DNA from: Haliotis rufescens
Taxonomy: Eukaryota
Reading direction: 5' to 3'
NCBI RefSeq assembly: GCF_023055435.1
Contig: NW_025964223.1
Location: forward strand, 7,316,001-7,380,000
DNA length: 64,000 nt
Below the pieces are notes generated by a model that did no database searches, was not told the origin of the DNA, and worked only from the letters and a program-made list of their open reading frames with translations. The translations under genes and the position numbers were made by a program. This document shows, piece after piece, positions 52,101 through 64,000 of this stretch. The number at the start of each line of letters is the position of its first letter. Within the stretch, counting starts at the first letter, position 1.

Positions 52101-55100
52101 TTCAAGTGAGTGGGGGGCACGGGTGACCCAGTCGTCCAAGGTGCCGCGATTTGCTGTGCAGAGTTGCGTCCCTGGGACACGCCAGAAACCTATGATTGTG
52201 GGTTCAAATCCCGGTTCGCCCCGATTATGTTTCTAGGTTTGTCAGCACCATACCCGAGCTCGTGGGTTTCACCGGAGTGGTAAATGTCTGAGACCTGCAT
52301 CACTTCGGGCTTTCCTCCCACATTAAGCTGACACGCCGTGATATGACTGGATAATGTTAAAAGCTGCGTTAAACCCAACTCACTCACTCACTCAACTGTA
52401 TGCTTAAATATATCTGCCATAAATGATTATCCCTATGAAAAGTTGAATAGAATGTGTGCTTGCCAAACCAAACTGCCTGGCTGTGTAACAATTCACCTAA
52501 CCTTCGGTGCCACGATACGAGTATTTGTATCCGTAGGTCATGGATTGGTACAAAACGATACAAGTATACAACAGTGCATCACTTCGGGCTTTCCTCCCAC
52601 ATTAAGCTGACACGCCGCGATATAACTGGAAGACTGTTAAAAGCGGCGTTAAACCCAACTCACTCACTCACTCAAGTGAGTGAGCCTGTTTCAATGGCAT
52701 GAGCTTCATGTGGAAGGAAACACCGAAGGGATGCAGGATGTAGATGTCCCTTTGGTGAAACTCACAAGCAGGAAGATAGTCAGACCCTGGATCATAACCC
52801 ATGCAATATGTGGATCCTGGCACTCTAAAGGGACATAACTATGTAAGGCTGGAGAAAGTGATGATTTATGATTTTTACAACAACAATTGACCCACTGTTA
52901 GAGTTTTTAACTGTTTTCTTGACAGTTTCTGCATGTTTCCAAATCTGATCCTCTCCATAGGCTGCCTGTACCTCGGCCGTCTCCAGAGCCCTTGTTCCGT
53001 GAGTGGCTCTGAAACAATACGCTTCAATTACAACACTCAATCAGATTACCAAAATAAGACTCTACAGACTCCACAGGAACATCTGTCAAACAGGAACATC
53101 AGACTTTTATGACAAGGTTTTAATGTTGATACAAGAAATTGTCTGCAGCAATCTGATTGGTTGGAAAATGTTGCTAAATAGGCCTACAAAAACGACGGGG
53201 GATATAGAAACATGCTCCATCCATCACGCTTTGTTTTGCATAACTTATTCATCATTCAATATTTCTTCTTGAAACCTTGTGCTCTCAACATGTGCCTTTT
53301 GCTATTCAGGAATTTTTTTAAATATAGATATTTTTTTTCACTCTTTCAAGGCAACAATTTCAACTTTGATTCAATTGGTGCCCCAGATTTAGAGAGAATT
53401 TGACCATCGTCAAAATGTCATGACTCAGGCATTGAGCATGTTGAGCAGTGGCAATATGAAAACCTGTAAGTTTTATACTATGAACAGCTTCAATCATGTC
53501 GCTATGAAGAATTAGAGATGATCTGTCACAAGTGTACCAACAAGTCTGGAGTGTTGCCACTTTCCAAACGATATCATGCGGGACAAATAATCTGTAATTC
53601 AGAGTTGTGAGGAGGTTGTTCTGTGTTTTCTGATAAAATGAAGTGGGTCTCCCAATCACAAGTGGAGATATCAGCCCAGACAATACATCGCTGGAACACA
53701 ATCTTCCGGCTGATTGCTTTCTACTCAGACCTGGCGACCCTCCCCAATAACAGTTTCCGCCAAGGTGATGATAATGCAAACTAGAACATTTACAAACACT
53801 CTAAAACCATAACGTTTCAAGACCGATGTGGGTGAATTTCACTGAAGCAAAAATAACTTATCAATCCATTACACTCTGGAAGTAGTCCGTCAAAATCTGA
53901 CCTCAGGTCATCACCATGGAGTAGCAATTCATGGCCTGGGATTTCATCCTCCACATGTTTGATTCCAGTTATTTCAAATGGGTTTCCTACCCACACATGT
54001 GTAAGAAAAGCTGAATCCACACATTTGTTTTACAACAACTACCTTAGGATCTTGCCATCATCTGCAATCTTGAGAATATGCCCCTTCTCCATGTCCAGGA
54101 AGAGGCCCTTACAGCTGAAACAGAGAGAGGAGAACATGAGGAGATGAGCATCAGTAGGCAATGAGGAGATGAACATAAGGAGGGGATGATAAGGAGGCCA
54201 CAAGTAGATGAACATAAGGAGGGGATCATAAGGAGGCCATGAGGAGATGAACATAAGGAGGGGATAAGGAGGCCATGAGGAGATGAACATAAGGAGGGGA
54301 TAAGGAGGCCATGAGGAGATGAACATAGGGAGGGGATAAGGAGGCCATGAGGAGATGAACATGAAGAGGGGATAAGGAGGCCATGAGGAGATGAACATAA
54401 GGAGGGGATGATAAGGAGGCCATGAGGAGATGAACATAGGGAGGGGATAAGGAGGCCATGAGGAGATGAACATAAGGAGTGGATGATAAGGGGTCATGAG
54501 CAGATGAACATAGGGAGGGGGTAAGGAGGCAATGAGGAGATGAACATAAGGGGGGGGGGGGGGGGGGATTATAAGGGGGTCATGAGATGAACATAAGGAG
54601 GGGATGATAAGGGGGTCATGAGGAGATGAACATAAGGAGGGGATGATAAGGGGGTCATGAGGAGATGAACATAAGGAGGGGATGATAAAGGGTCATGAGG
54701 AGATGAACATAGGGAGTGGATGATAAGGGGTCATGAGGAGATGAACATAGGGAGGGGATAAGGAGGCCATGAGGAGATGAACAAAAGGGGGGAGGGGAAT
54801 TATAAGGGGGTCATGAGGAGATGAACATGAGGAGGGGATAAGGAGGTCATGAGGAGATGAACATGAGGAGGCCACAAGGAGATGAACATAAGGAGGGGTT
54901 GATAAGGAGGCCATGAGGAGATGAACATAGGGGATAAGGAGACCATGAGGTGATGAACATAAGGAGGGGGATGATAAGGAGGCCATGAGGAGATGAACAT
55001 GAGGAGGCCATGAGGAGATGAACATAAGGAGGGGATGATAAGGAGGCCATGAGGAGATGAACATAGGGGATAAGGAGGCCATGAGCTGATGAACATAAAA

Positions 55101-58100
55101 AGGGAATGATAGGGAGGCCATGAGGAGATGAACATAAGGAGGGGATTATAAGGAGGCCATGAGGAGATGAACATAAGGAGGGGATAAGAAGGCCATGAGG
55201 TGATGAACATAAGGAGGGGATGATAAGGAGGCCATGAGGAGATGAACATAAGGAGGGGATGATAAGGAGGCCATGAGGAGATGAACATAAGGAGAGGATG
55301 ATAAGGAGGCCATGAGGAGATGAACATAAGGAGGGGATGATAAGGAGGCCATGAGGAGATGAACATAAGGAGGGGATAAGAAGGCCATGAGGTGATGAAC
55401 ATAGGGAGGGGATAAGGAGGCCATGACGTAATGAACATAAGGAGGGGATGATAAGGAGGCCATGAGGAGATGAACATAAGGAGGGGATGATAAGGAGGCC
55501 ACCAGGAGATGAACATAAGGAGAGGATGATAAGGAGGCCATGAGGAGATAAACATAAGGAGGGGATAAGGAGGCCACCAGGAGATGAACATAAGGAGGGG
55601 ATGATAAGGAGGCCATGAGGGGATGAACATAAGGAGGGGATGATAAGGAGGCCATGAGGTGATAAACATAAGGAGGGGATGATAAGGAGGCCATGAGGAG
55701 ATGAACATAAAGAGGGGATGATAAGGAGGCCATGAGGAGATGAACATAAGGAGGGGATGATAAGGAGGCCATGAGGAGATGAACATAAGGAGGGGATAAG
55801 GAGGCCATGAGGTGATGAACATAAGGAGGGGATAAGGAGGCCATGAGGAGATGAACATAGGGAGGGGATAAGGAGGCCATGAGGTGATGAACATAAGGAG
55901 GGGATAAGGAGGCCATGAGGAGATGAACATAGGGAGGGGATAAGGAGGCCATGAGGAGATGAACATGAAGAGGGGATAAGGAGGCCATGAGGAGATGAAC
56001 ATAAGGAGGGGATGATAAGGAGGCCATGAGGAGATGAACATAAGGAGGGGATGATAAGGAGGCCATGAGGAGATGAACATAGGGAGGGGATAAGGAGGCC
56101 ATGAGGAGATGAACATAAGGAGTGGATGATAAGGGGTCATGAGGAGATGAACATAGGGAGGGGGTAAGGAGGCAATGAGGAGATGAACATAAGGGGGGGG
56201 GGGGGGGGATTATAAGGGGGTCATGAGATGAACATAAGGAGGGGATGATAAGGGGGTCATGAGGAGATGAACATAAGGAGGGGATGATAAGGGGGTCATG
56301 AGGAGATGAACATAAGGAGGGGATGATAAAGGGTCATGAGGAGATGAACATAAGGAGTGGATGATAAGGGGTCATGAGGAGATGAACATAGGGAGGGGAT
56401 AAGGAGGCCATGAGGAGATGAACAAAAGGGGGGAGGGGAATTATAAGGGGGTCATGAGGAGATGAACATGAGGAGGGGATAAGGAGGTCATGAGGAGATG
56501 AACATGAGGAGGCCACAAGGAGATGAACATAAGGAGGGGTTGATAAGGAGGCCATGAGGAGATGAACATAGGGGATAAGGAGACCATGAGGTGATGAACA
56601 TAAGGAGGGGATGATAAGGAGGCCATGAGGAGATGAACATGAGGAGGCCATGAGGAGATGAACATAAGGAGGGGATGATAAGGAGGCCATGAGGAGATGA
56701 ACATAGGGGATAAGGAGGCCATGAGGTGATGAACATAAGGAGGGGATGATAAGGAGGCCATGAGGAGATGAACATAAAAAGGGAATGATAGGGAGGCCAA
56801 GAGGAGATGAACATAAGGAGGGGATGATAAGGAGGCCATGAGGAGATGAACATAAGGAGGGGATAAGAAGGCCATGAGGTGATGAACATAAGGAGGGGAT
56901 GATAAGGAGGCCATGAGGAGATGAACATAAGGAGGGGATGATAAGGAGGCCATGAGGAGATGAACATAAGGATGGGATAAGAAGGCCATGAGATGATGAA
57001 CATAGGGAGGGGATAAGGAGGCCATGACGTAATGAACATAAGGAGGGGATGATAAGGAGGCCACCAGGAGATGAACATAAGGAGAGGATGATAAGGAGGC
57101 CATGAGGTGATGAACATAAGGAGGGGATAAGGAGGCCATGAGGAGATGAACATAGGGAGGGGATAAGGAGGCCATGAGGTGATGAACATAAGGAGGGGAT
57201 GATAAGGAGGCCATGAGGAGATGAACATAGGGAGGGGATAAGGAGGCCATGAGGAGATGAACATGAAGAGGGGATAAGAAGGCCATGAGGAGATGAACAT
57301 AGGGAGGGGATAAGGAGGCCATGACGTAATGAACATAAGGAGGGGATGATAAGGAGGCCACCAGGAGATGAACATAAGGAGAGGATGATAAGGAGGCCAT
57401 GAGGTGATGAACATAAGGAGGGGATAAGGAGGCCATGAGGAGATGAACATAGGGAGGGGATAAGGAGGCCATGACGTAATGAACATAAGGAGGGGATGAT
57501 AAGGAGGCCACCAGGAGATGAACATAAGGAGAGGATGATAAGGAGGCCATGAGGAGATAAACATAAGGAGGGGATAAGGAGGCCACCAGGAGATGAACAT
57601 GAGGAGAGGATGATAAGGAGGCCATGAGGAGATGAACATAAGGAGGGGATAAGGAGGCCACCAGGAGATGAACATAAGGAGGGGATGATAAGGAGGCCAT
57701 GAGGGGATGAACATAAGGAGGGGATGATAAGGAGGTCATGAGGAGATGAACATAAGGAGGGGATGATAAGGAGGCCATGAGGTGATAAACATAAGGAGGG
57801 GATGATAAGGAGGGCATGAGGAGATGAACATAAAGAGGGGATGATAAGGAGGCCATGAGGAGATGAACATAAGGAGGGGATGATAAGGAGGCCACCAGGA
57901 GATGAACATAAGGAGGGGATAAGGAGGCCATGAGGTGATGAACATAAGGAGGGGATAAGGAGGCCATGAGGAGATGAACATAGGGAGGGGATAAGGAGGC
58001 CATGAGGTGATGAACATAAGGAGGGGATAAGGAGGCCATGAGGAGATGAACATAGGGAGGGGATAAGGAGGCCATGAGGTGATGAACATAGGGAGGGGAT

Positions 58101-61100
58101 AAGGAGGCCATGAGGTGATGAACATAAGGAGGGGATAAGGAGGCCATGATTTGATGAACATAGGGAGGGGATAAGGAGGCCATGAGGTGATGAACATAAG
58201 GAGGGGATAAGGAGGCCATGAGGAGATGAACATAGGGGGGATAAGGAGGCCATGAGGAGATGAACATAAGGAGGGGATGAGGAGACCATGAGGAGATGAA
58301 CATAAGGAGGGGATAAGGAGGCCATGAGGAGATGAACATAAGGAGGGGATAAGGAGGCCATGAGGAGATGAACATAAGGAGGGGATGATAAGGAGGCCAC
58401 CAGGAGATGAACATAAGGGGGGATTATAAGGGGGCCATGAGGAGATGAACATAGGGAGGGCATAAGGAGGCCATGAGGAGATGAACATAAGGAGGGGATG
58501 ATAAGAACATGAGAACATAAGAGATAACATGGAGAACATGAGAAAGAAATTTTTTGTTTTGTTTGTTGTTTAATGCCGCACTCAACAACAGCTATATGAC
58601 GGCGGTCTGTAAATAATCAAGTCTCGACCAGACAATCTAATGATTGACATCATGAGCATCAATCCACTCAACTGGGATACGATAACATGCATCAACCAAG
58701 TCAGCGAGCCTCACCACCCAATCCCGTTAGTCGCCTCTTGCGACAAGCATAGTCCTATTCTACCCTGGATCTTCACAGGTCGGAAGAGATATAAGGAGTG
58801 AAGGAGAACCTGTTGAGGTAAGGAGATGACCATAAGTAGACTGAAGAGTCGGATACTTGGGACCTATTCTGCTCTCAGTCCTCATCATGTTTACAGGCAG
58901 AAACCATGGTTACCTTGGTAAAACAGTATCATATTTCTTTCATTTCTTAAAAAGGAGTCAGTGACAATTTATCATAGCATTGGCAAAATATTTGCCAGTT
59001 TGTAATTTTCTGGCAAAGAGACATGAGAAAAAGGCACTACACTGTCAGAGTGTGGCATTGCCCATGTACACCATCCTCCCAAGGCAAGGGTGATAACTGA
59101 CTATATCAGTCCAGTTTCCAGTAGGCTGGAATTCTGGAGTTACATTTTGGCTGGACTAACGTGTCTTATCAAAATCTCGTAACGAACTAGACACCTGATT
59201 CGTAAACAACATGGATTTCAACACCCAGATTCGGTCGGACTGCAGGATTTGCAATGTATGTGTACAGCCAACTGGGCATCAACAGATATTTTGCAAATCT
59301 TTTCACGTTTATAATCAAGGTGCTCAATTGATTTGATGCACTTTGCAAGGTAACACCCGTTTTATTACAAAACAGACCTTGATTATCGATCAGATTGTCT
59401 TGACTGGGTGCTGCCATTTTGTTTAAAGCAAATGAAAGTGATATGAGGGATGAAATCTTATTGGTCAGTAGGAGGGACAAAGAAGGGACATAACTCTGAA
59501 TAGCAACTTGTGCTGCTTGGGCTGAGCCTGGAAATTTTCAGCCTTGTTCAATAAGGGGGTGGAGACTGGACTTTTATAGTCAGTTAATTCCCATGTCTTG
59601 GGAAGATGTATGTCCTCTAGAACACAGCTGTGACATGCTGAGTAGTGACTTTGATACTCACATAAACTCCTTGTACTTGAACAGGTCAGACTTGATGGAG
59701 GCATCGTAGCCTTTCTTATCCACCAAGAAATCTGTTATACACGAGTATGTCAGCTAAAAAAGGATACAAAACTTGTTTAGATGCATTGGGCTGACAAAAG
59801 GTACATATTTCTCAACAAGTGAGGATGGCCAGTAGGAGATGGCGGTAGGAATTTTATATAGAAAACAAAAGTGACGCAGCAGGAACACTTTTTATGTTTT
59901 TCTCACCACATATACCATTAAACACCACTTGGCACACACTGAACCCGGACGTTTAATACCATGTCAGTTGTCAAGCACCTTATTCTATGCACAACAGAGT
60001 ACTGCTTCAAATAAACTGGAAAATTTGAAAAATATCTTTAAAAATCCATTTTATTGACACACAGAATTTAAAAGTGATCTGCCAATGCCCCCAAAACAAT
60101 TCTTTTCTTAGCCGTAAGTAATTTATACCAGTGTTGATTATATTCAAACCTGGGCCATCTATCAATCAACTGATAACAGCAAAATATGTTGGAATATTAT
60201 TTTGGTGAAAAAAACAGTTGAAAGATTGTACATTTCGTGGTTATACTGACAGCCTGAAATGTTTATATACGACAGATATTTTTCCAGAATTTAATTGCCC
60301 ATAATACAGGGTGCATATAACACACGAGTGCGTATTATACGTGAATGAATAAGTCTTGTGTACATTGATCAATCGGAAGGGGTTCTAATTAGGATTGTTC
60401 ACTAGCCAATATGTTAGCAAATATTGTTGTGGGTGCTTATTAGAGCAGTGCACTAATTACATCGAATACAGTATGTAACATGTCTCTGAGGACCAAGGAA
60501 ATGAATCTAGTCAACAGGTTTTTTAGCATATACATGCAATCAATTTGGAAAACAAAACAAAATCTGCCAATAGAAATCTGAGAAACAGAAAATCGGACAA
60601 ACTTTTAAAGCGCCATTTTTGTTACTTGACCAGCGTGTATTCTTTCGCTTCCAAAAGCGGTTTCATAGTTTTCAAGGATATTCTTTCTTAAATTTAATAT
60701 TAAGTCTTTGAATGGCATTTAGAAGTGATACACATAAGGAAGAGAATTTATGGATGTCAACTTCTTTATTATGAAGTTCACCTGATTAAGGAATAAGGAG
60801 TAAGCCTATGCTCCGAAACGTTGTGTTTCCTCATCATGCTCATAATAAAGAAGTTGACATCCATAAATTATCTTCCTTAAAGTTGATATTGTATATTATC
60901 ATCTTTATATGTATAATACAGAATTTTTATGACCCTAAATATTTTTGGTTACTTTTGTTTAGATTTTTTAAGATTTTCAAACACGAAACTATTTTTTTAG
61001 TCACAAATACAAGCGGTGGTGAACAGTCCTGTGTGTTAGGAAGGGAGAATTTACGTTTCAAGGTTTTACATTTGTAATGAAATAATTGAATTTTCCTGTA

Positions 61101-62121
61101 GACAACTACACAAAAAGTATATAATAAATAGGATATTCCATGTGTCGAGTGAAGTATCATGTTTTCTCTCACCTCGTGACAGGGTAAAAGGAGATACGCC
61201 AATTGTGAAAATATCTCCTTTCACCCCGACACTTGATGTGAGAAACATATTTCACTCGACACATGAAATATGTTCCCTCTCTCTCTCTCAAAATATGAAA
61301 ACAGAAAATCTGACAAACTTTAAAAAGACACTCAAAGCCTTTGACAAGATCAATCATGGTCTAAGCTCACTTGAGCAGTTGTTAATTGGAAAATGTGCTT
61401 TTCAAATTATTTTATTTAATTTAATATACACACACACACACATTATTGACAATGATTCTACAACCTGATTCATAAAAAATAGGCTTAGTATTACATGTAA
61501 CCAAACAAGATATCACTTTTTCTTTAGCATGTTTAGTACTAGAAGAGTATGTACGCTATGTTATCTTTATCACATAGAATAAACTACGTTTATAACGAAC
61601 ACGCTTATATCGAACTGACCGATATAACAAACTTATTTTTTAGTCCCGACCATTTATTGTATAAATGCTGTATATATGCTTATAATGAACTACAGATATT
61701 ACAAACTAAAATTTGTGGTCCCTTCAAGTTCGTTATAACCATAGTTTACTGCAGATACACACATAAATCTAGACATTACATAGATCTAGTGTCAACCACC
61801 CCAAATTGATCATGATATTTATATTATCATTGTGAAATGTTCAGAACTGTTCTCAAACTTAGTAAAATATATACAATATATTGGTCACAATTAATATTAT
61901 AGCAGTCACGCGTTAAACTAGCAAAACCATGATAACCGGCTGATTGTTAGATAACTCATCAAAGCATCACCAGCTAATCAAAGCATCACCAGCAGATCAC
62001 ACATCTCGGTTCTCACATTAAACACTTCCACTAGTTTATACTTGGCCAGGGTGTGGTCCAGATCGAAACCGTAGGCATCGTAATCCGCCAGACAAATAGT
62101 ACTTGGATGGCCCGAGCTCAT
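40172..62121 (-). CDS. NT5DC1: 5'-nucleotidase domain-containing protein 1 (HAD superfamily), 12 exons, 461 aa
   Basis: Exons 62121-62017, 59753-59662, 54114-54043, 53008-52896, 50259-50177, 49137-49038, 48302-48128, 47191-47103, 46232-46114, 43539-43366, 40827-40656, 40263-40172; all GT-AG with matching phases, 1386 nt; motifs GFDLDHTL, ENYFD, LLTSS, ARKPSFF, VYFGDNICAD. Confidence 0.93.
41250..41840. mobile_element. Possible Helentron/DINE-like (pearl-type) non-autonomous element
   Basis: Degenerate internal repeats of about 150 bp; GACGGACGGACGG run and GGGGATAATAA end. Confidence 0.4.
41990..42573. mobile_element. Mutator-like MITE, same family as 49191
   Basis: Long degenerate TIRs and a homologous interior. 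Confidence 0.8.
42638..43372. repeat. Minisatellite, 43-44-bp unit, about 16 copies, overlapping the NT5DC1 exon 10 donor
   Basis: Unit TATATTCACCTCTATCCCTGGATATACAGAAAACATACAGGATC. Confidence 0.97.
45068..45691. repeat. Minisatellite, 23-bp unit, about 27 copies (intron 9)
   Basis: Unit GACACAAGCACTGCACCGAGCGT. Confidence 0.97.
46651..46870. mobile_element. Partial hAT MITE, same family as 3755, inverted
   Basis: TAGGGCTTGGACGAGTCC start with an internal tandem duplication of about 27 bp. Confidence 0.7.
47577..48148. repeat. Minisatellite, 34-bp unit, about 16-17 copies, overlapping the NT5DC1 exon 7 donor
   Basis: Unit TACCCTAGAATAGTTTCCAGTAGATAGCAGTTCG. Confidence 0.97.
49191..49700. 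mobile_element. Mutator-like MITE, 510 bp, inserted in a SINE-C tail
   Basis: TIRs of about 85 bp starting CAATCTCATTAAAATCAGATC; 9-bp TSD GAGTGAGTT / GAGTTAGTT; another truncated copy at 49914-50110. Confidence 0.88.
50443..50613 (-). mobile_element. tRNA(Asp-like)-derived SINE family A, full length
   Basis: TSD TAGTGCCTTGTG; TAGCCTAGTGGTTAA A box, GGTTCGATTCC B box. Confidence 0.93.
50693..50927 (-). repeat. (GAGT)n microsatellite expanded from the tail of a degenerate SINE-A
   Basis: About 16 perfect GAGT units followed by a decayed SINE-A body. Confidence 0.85.
51723..52077 (-). mobile_element. SINE family D (Meta-domain-like), full length
   Basis: 12-bp TSD GATCATGTCAAG; tRNA-like head, (CACCT)n tail; partial copy at 62967-63197. 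Confidence 0.88.
52113..52671 (+). mobile_element. Chimeric retroposon: SINE-C, then about 180 bp of transduced flank, then the 3' half of another SINE-C
   Basis: Outer TSD TCAAGTGAGTG (52102-52112 and 52672-52682); the middle part matches 38151-38334 inverted. Confidence 0.85.
54127..58540. repeat. 4.4-kb purine-rich minisatellite, 36/39-bp unit, abutting the NT5DC1 exon 3 acceptor
   Basis: Unit GAGGAGATGAACATAAGGAGGGGAT(GAT)AAGGAGGCCAT; higher-order duplication of about 1.64 kb. Confidence 0.97.
58555..58782 (-). mobile_element. SINE-like family B
   Basis: Family B body, adjacent to the end of the array. Confidence 0.85.
60735..60879 (+). mobile_element. Penelope-like pseudo-LTR fragment with an inverted tail
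   Basis: 40-bp inverted repeat around CCTGA..GGAG-loop-CTCCGAAACGTT; AATAAA in the right arm. Confidence 0.65.
61575..61752. mobile_element. pogo/Tigger-like MITE
   Basis: Ends ..TTATAACGAAC / GTTCGTTATAAC..TTTACTG. Confidence 0.5.
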
Positions 62122-63534
62122 GGTGCGTCTCTGTGCTGCCAGCGTCAATATCCGTGCTGCGCTGTGCACGTGTTGTGTATTGTTGTTGATCTGACCTTGT
62201 CGCTGACGTGTCGTCACTGATTCATTTGTCCCAAGGGAAAGGCAACAGTGTTTTTTTATCCTACATCTGGATAGACATCGTATAATAAACATTCAAGATT
62301 CGCCTTGTTACTGGAACATTTATTTTGTTATTCGAAGTTATATTATACAACAGAACTTCGATCAATATTTGGAAGACAAGATCGTTTTTACCGCAATGTA
62401 AGGGAGATAAGTACGCTCTATATAGATGGAGTTAGCCTCTAAAAAAATCCACGGCGTTTCCTTTCATCATTACGTGTGGCTTAAACCGTCAATGTAGTTA
62501 CATTATCTAAGATAACATTTTATGCCATTGGTATGTTATATGAAATTGCAAGAGATGTTTTACAATTAAGATACAAAAAGAAAAACGATGCTTTGGAGAA
62601 GGGTAAGTTTCCGTGGATTTGCCGCCACATTCATTTCACCATGCTAAAACAATTGACAATTTATAAATGCCGATATAATTTTGCAAGTAAAGAAAGCTAT
62701 ATAAACACAGATATACTGTTCCTAAGCTTTATTGCTGTAATATATAGAAAATATATTTTATGGAACTAGAAATACTACAGCGCGTAACAGTATAACTTAT
62801 GAATATGATACTTTATTTATAAGGATATCATTCAAATCAAGTAACAATCAGCATCTTAAATACCTTTTAGGCATGGGGCTACGTTAGTGTCCAACCTTGG
62901 TCTGTGACTGTGTCTGTGAAGGATACATCACGCACGAGGCTTTTCAGAGACATTCATTTTTAAAATGTGAGGTGAGGTGAAATGGGATTTAACGTCGCGT
63001 CCAAGATTATTGCAATTATATAGCGACGCGCATGCACGTGTGTGTGTACTGATGTCTATTTATAGTGCTAGCTCACTGAGATACCATGCCGCAGTTTAAC
63101 ATGAATACCCTACTCAGACACAGTATACTGACTCCGAGCCGACCAGACCTTGTTTTAGCCCCTTATGCCGAGCGCCAGACAGGGTAACAACAAGTAGGCA
63201 GTGCGTATAGGGTAGCCATGTAGTTAGACCCGCTGAAGACAAAAACAAGATTCCCAAACAACAACTGATTACGAACAAGTTATTTTAAGTTTGGATGGGA
63301 GTTTTTGCTAGACAATCTTTTATCCGACATATTTTCATGTGTGATATAAATTGTATCTGATTATTACGTACACACATTGACGAGAGCATATGAATATTAC
63401 TTGTGCTGTGCTAAAAATGAACAGGGGAAATAAACACGCAATGGTTCAACTGGAAATATGTGTGACTTATTAAAAAAAGCTTTGTGTGGTTGTCTAAATA
63501 CCTTCATGTTACATAAAGATGAACAGTCTCTACC

Positions 63535-63780
63535 AGATTAGGTCTTCAGCAACCCATGTTTGTCGTAAAAGGCGACTATGCTTGTCGTAAGAGGCGACTA
63601 ACGGGATCGGGTGGTCAGGCCCGCCGTCTTGGTCGATGCATGTCATCGTATCTCAATTGAGTGGATCGATGCTCATGATATTAATCACTAGATTGTCTGG
63701 TATTGACTCGATTATTTACAGACCGCCTTCATATAGCTGGAACATTGCTGAGTGCGGCGTTAAACAACAAACCAACCAAC
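63535..63780 (+). mobile_element. SINE-like family B
   Basis: Family B body and tail. Confidence 0.85.
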
Positions 63781-63922
63781 CACACACCTCGTGACTCGAT
63801 GTTGATACTGTCTCATGCAATACCAGGTACAGAAGCCTATTGACTCGGCCCTCTGCTGTCTGTAGGTTGAATTCCCCGCCGCGGATGTTCAATTGCATTG
63901 ATTTGTTTATGTTTGATCAAAT

Positions 63923-63943
63923 CACGTGGCGAGCTATAAATAG
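63923..63943 (+). promoter_or_regulatory. Possible E-box plus TATA box of a gene starting beyond the window
   Basis: CACGTG followed by GCTATAAATAG; no transcript evidence. Confidence 0.3.
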
Positions 63944-64000
63944 CACGGCCTCAGAAAGACAACATAGAGCAACACACGCACAGACAGCGACATCACAGAC

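Noticed and set aside
54039-58539. Long ORFs (up to 709 aa) of WPPYHPLLMFISS-type repeats
   Set aside because: All three minus frames are open because the 36/39-bp unit lacks stop codons; the region is intron 2 of NT5DC1

Overview
Eukaryotic, intron-rich invertebrate DNA; the SINE families and the ankyrin gene type suggest a mollusc, probably abalone (inference). I reconstructed three host genes by hand, all on the minus strand with phase-consistent GT-AG junctions: (1) a 3-exon viral-tegument-like deubiquitinase (peptidase C76-like, 2360-4265); (2) an nSTAND3-type P-loop NTPase with a near-identical ankyrin array (18132-28010); (3) a complete 12-exon NT5DC1 (40172-62121). Mobile DNA includes a head-to-tail Harbinger dimer inside a hairpin element, an intact Tc1, a decayed Polinton/Maverick-like block with a NADAR remnant, a decayed LINE, hAT-, MULE- and P-type MITEs, a Penelope-like fragment and four SINE-like families. 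Most unusual: minisatellites seeded on NT5DC1 splice sites that multiply splice signals, and a chimeric SINE whose source locus lies 14 kb away in the same window. All coordinates, counts and family calls were made by eye; no database searches were run.
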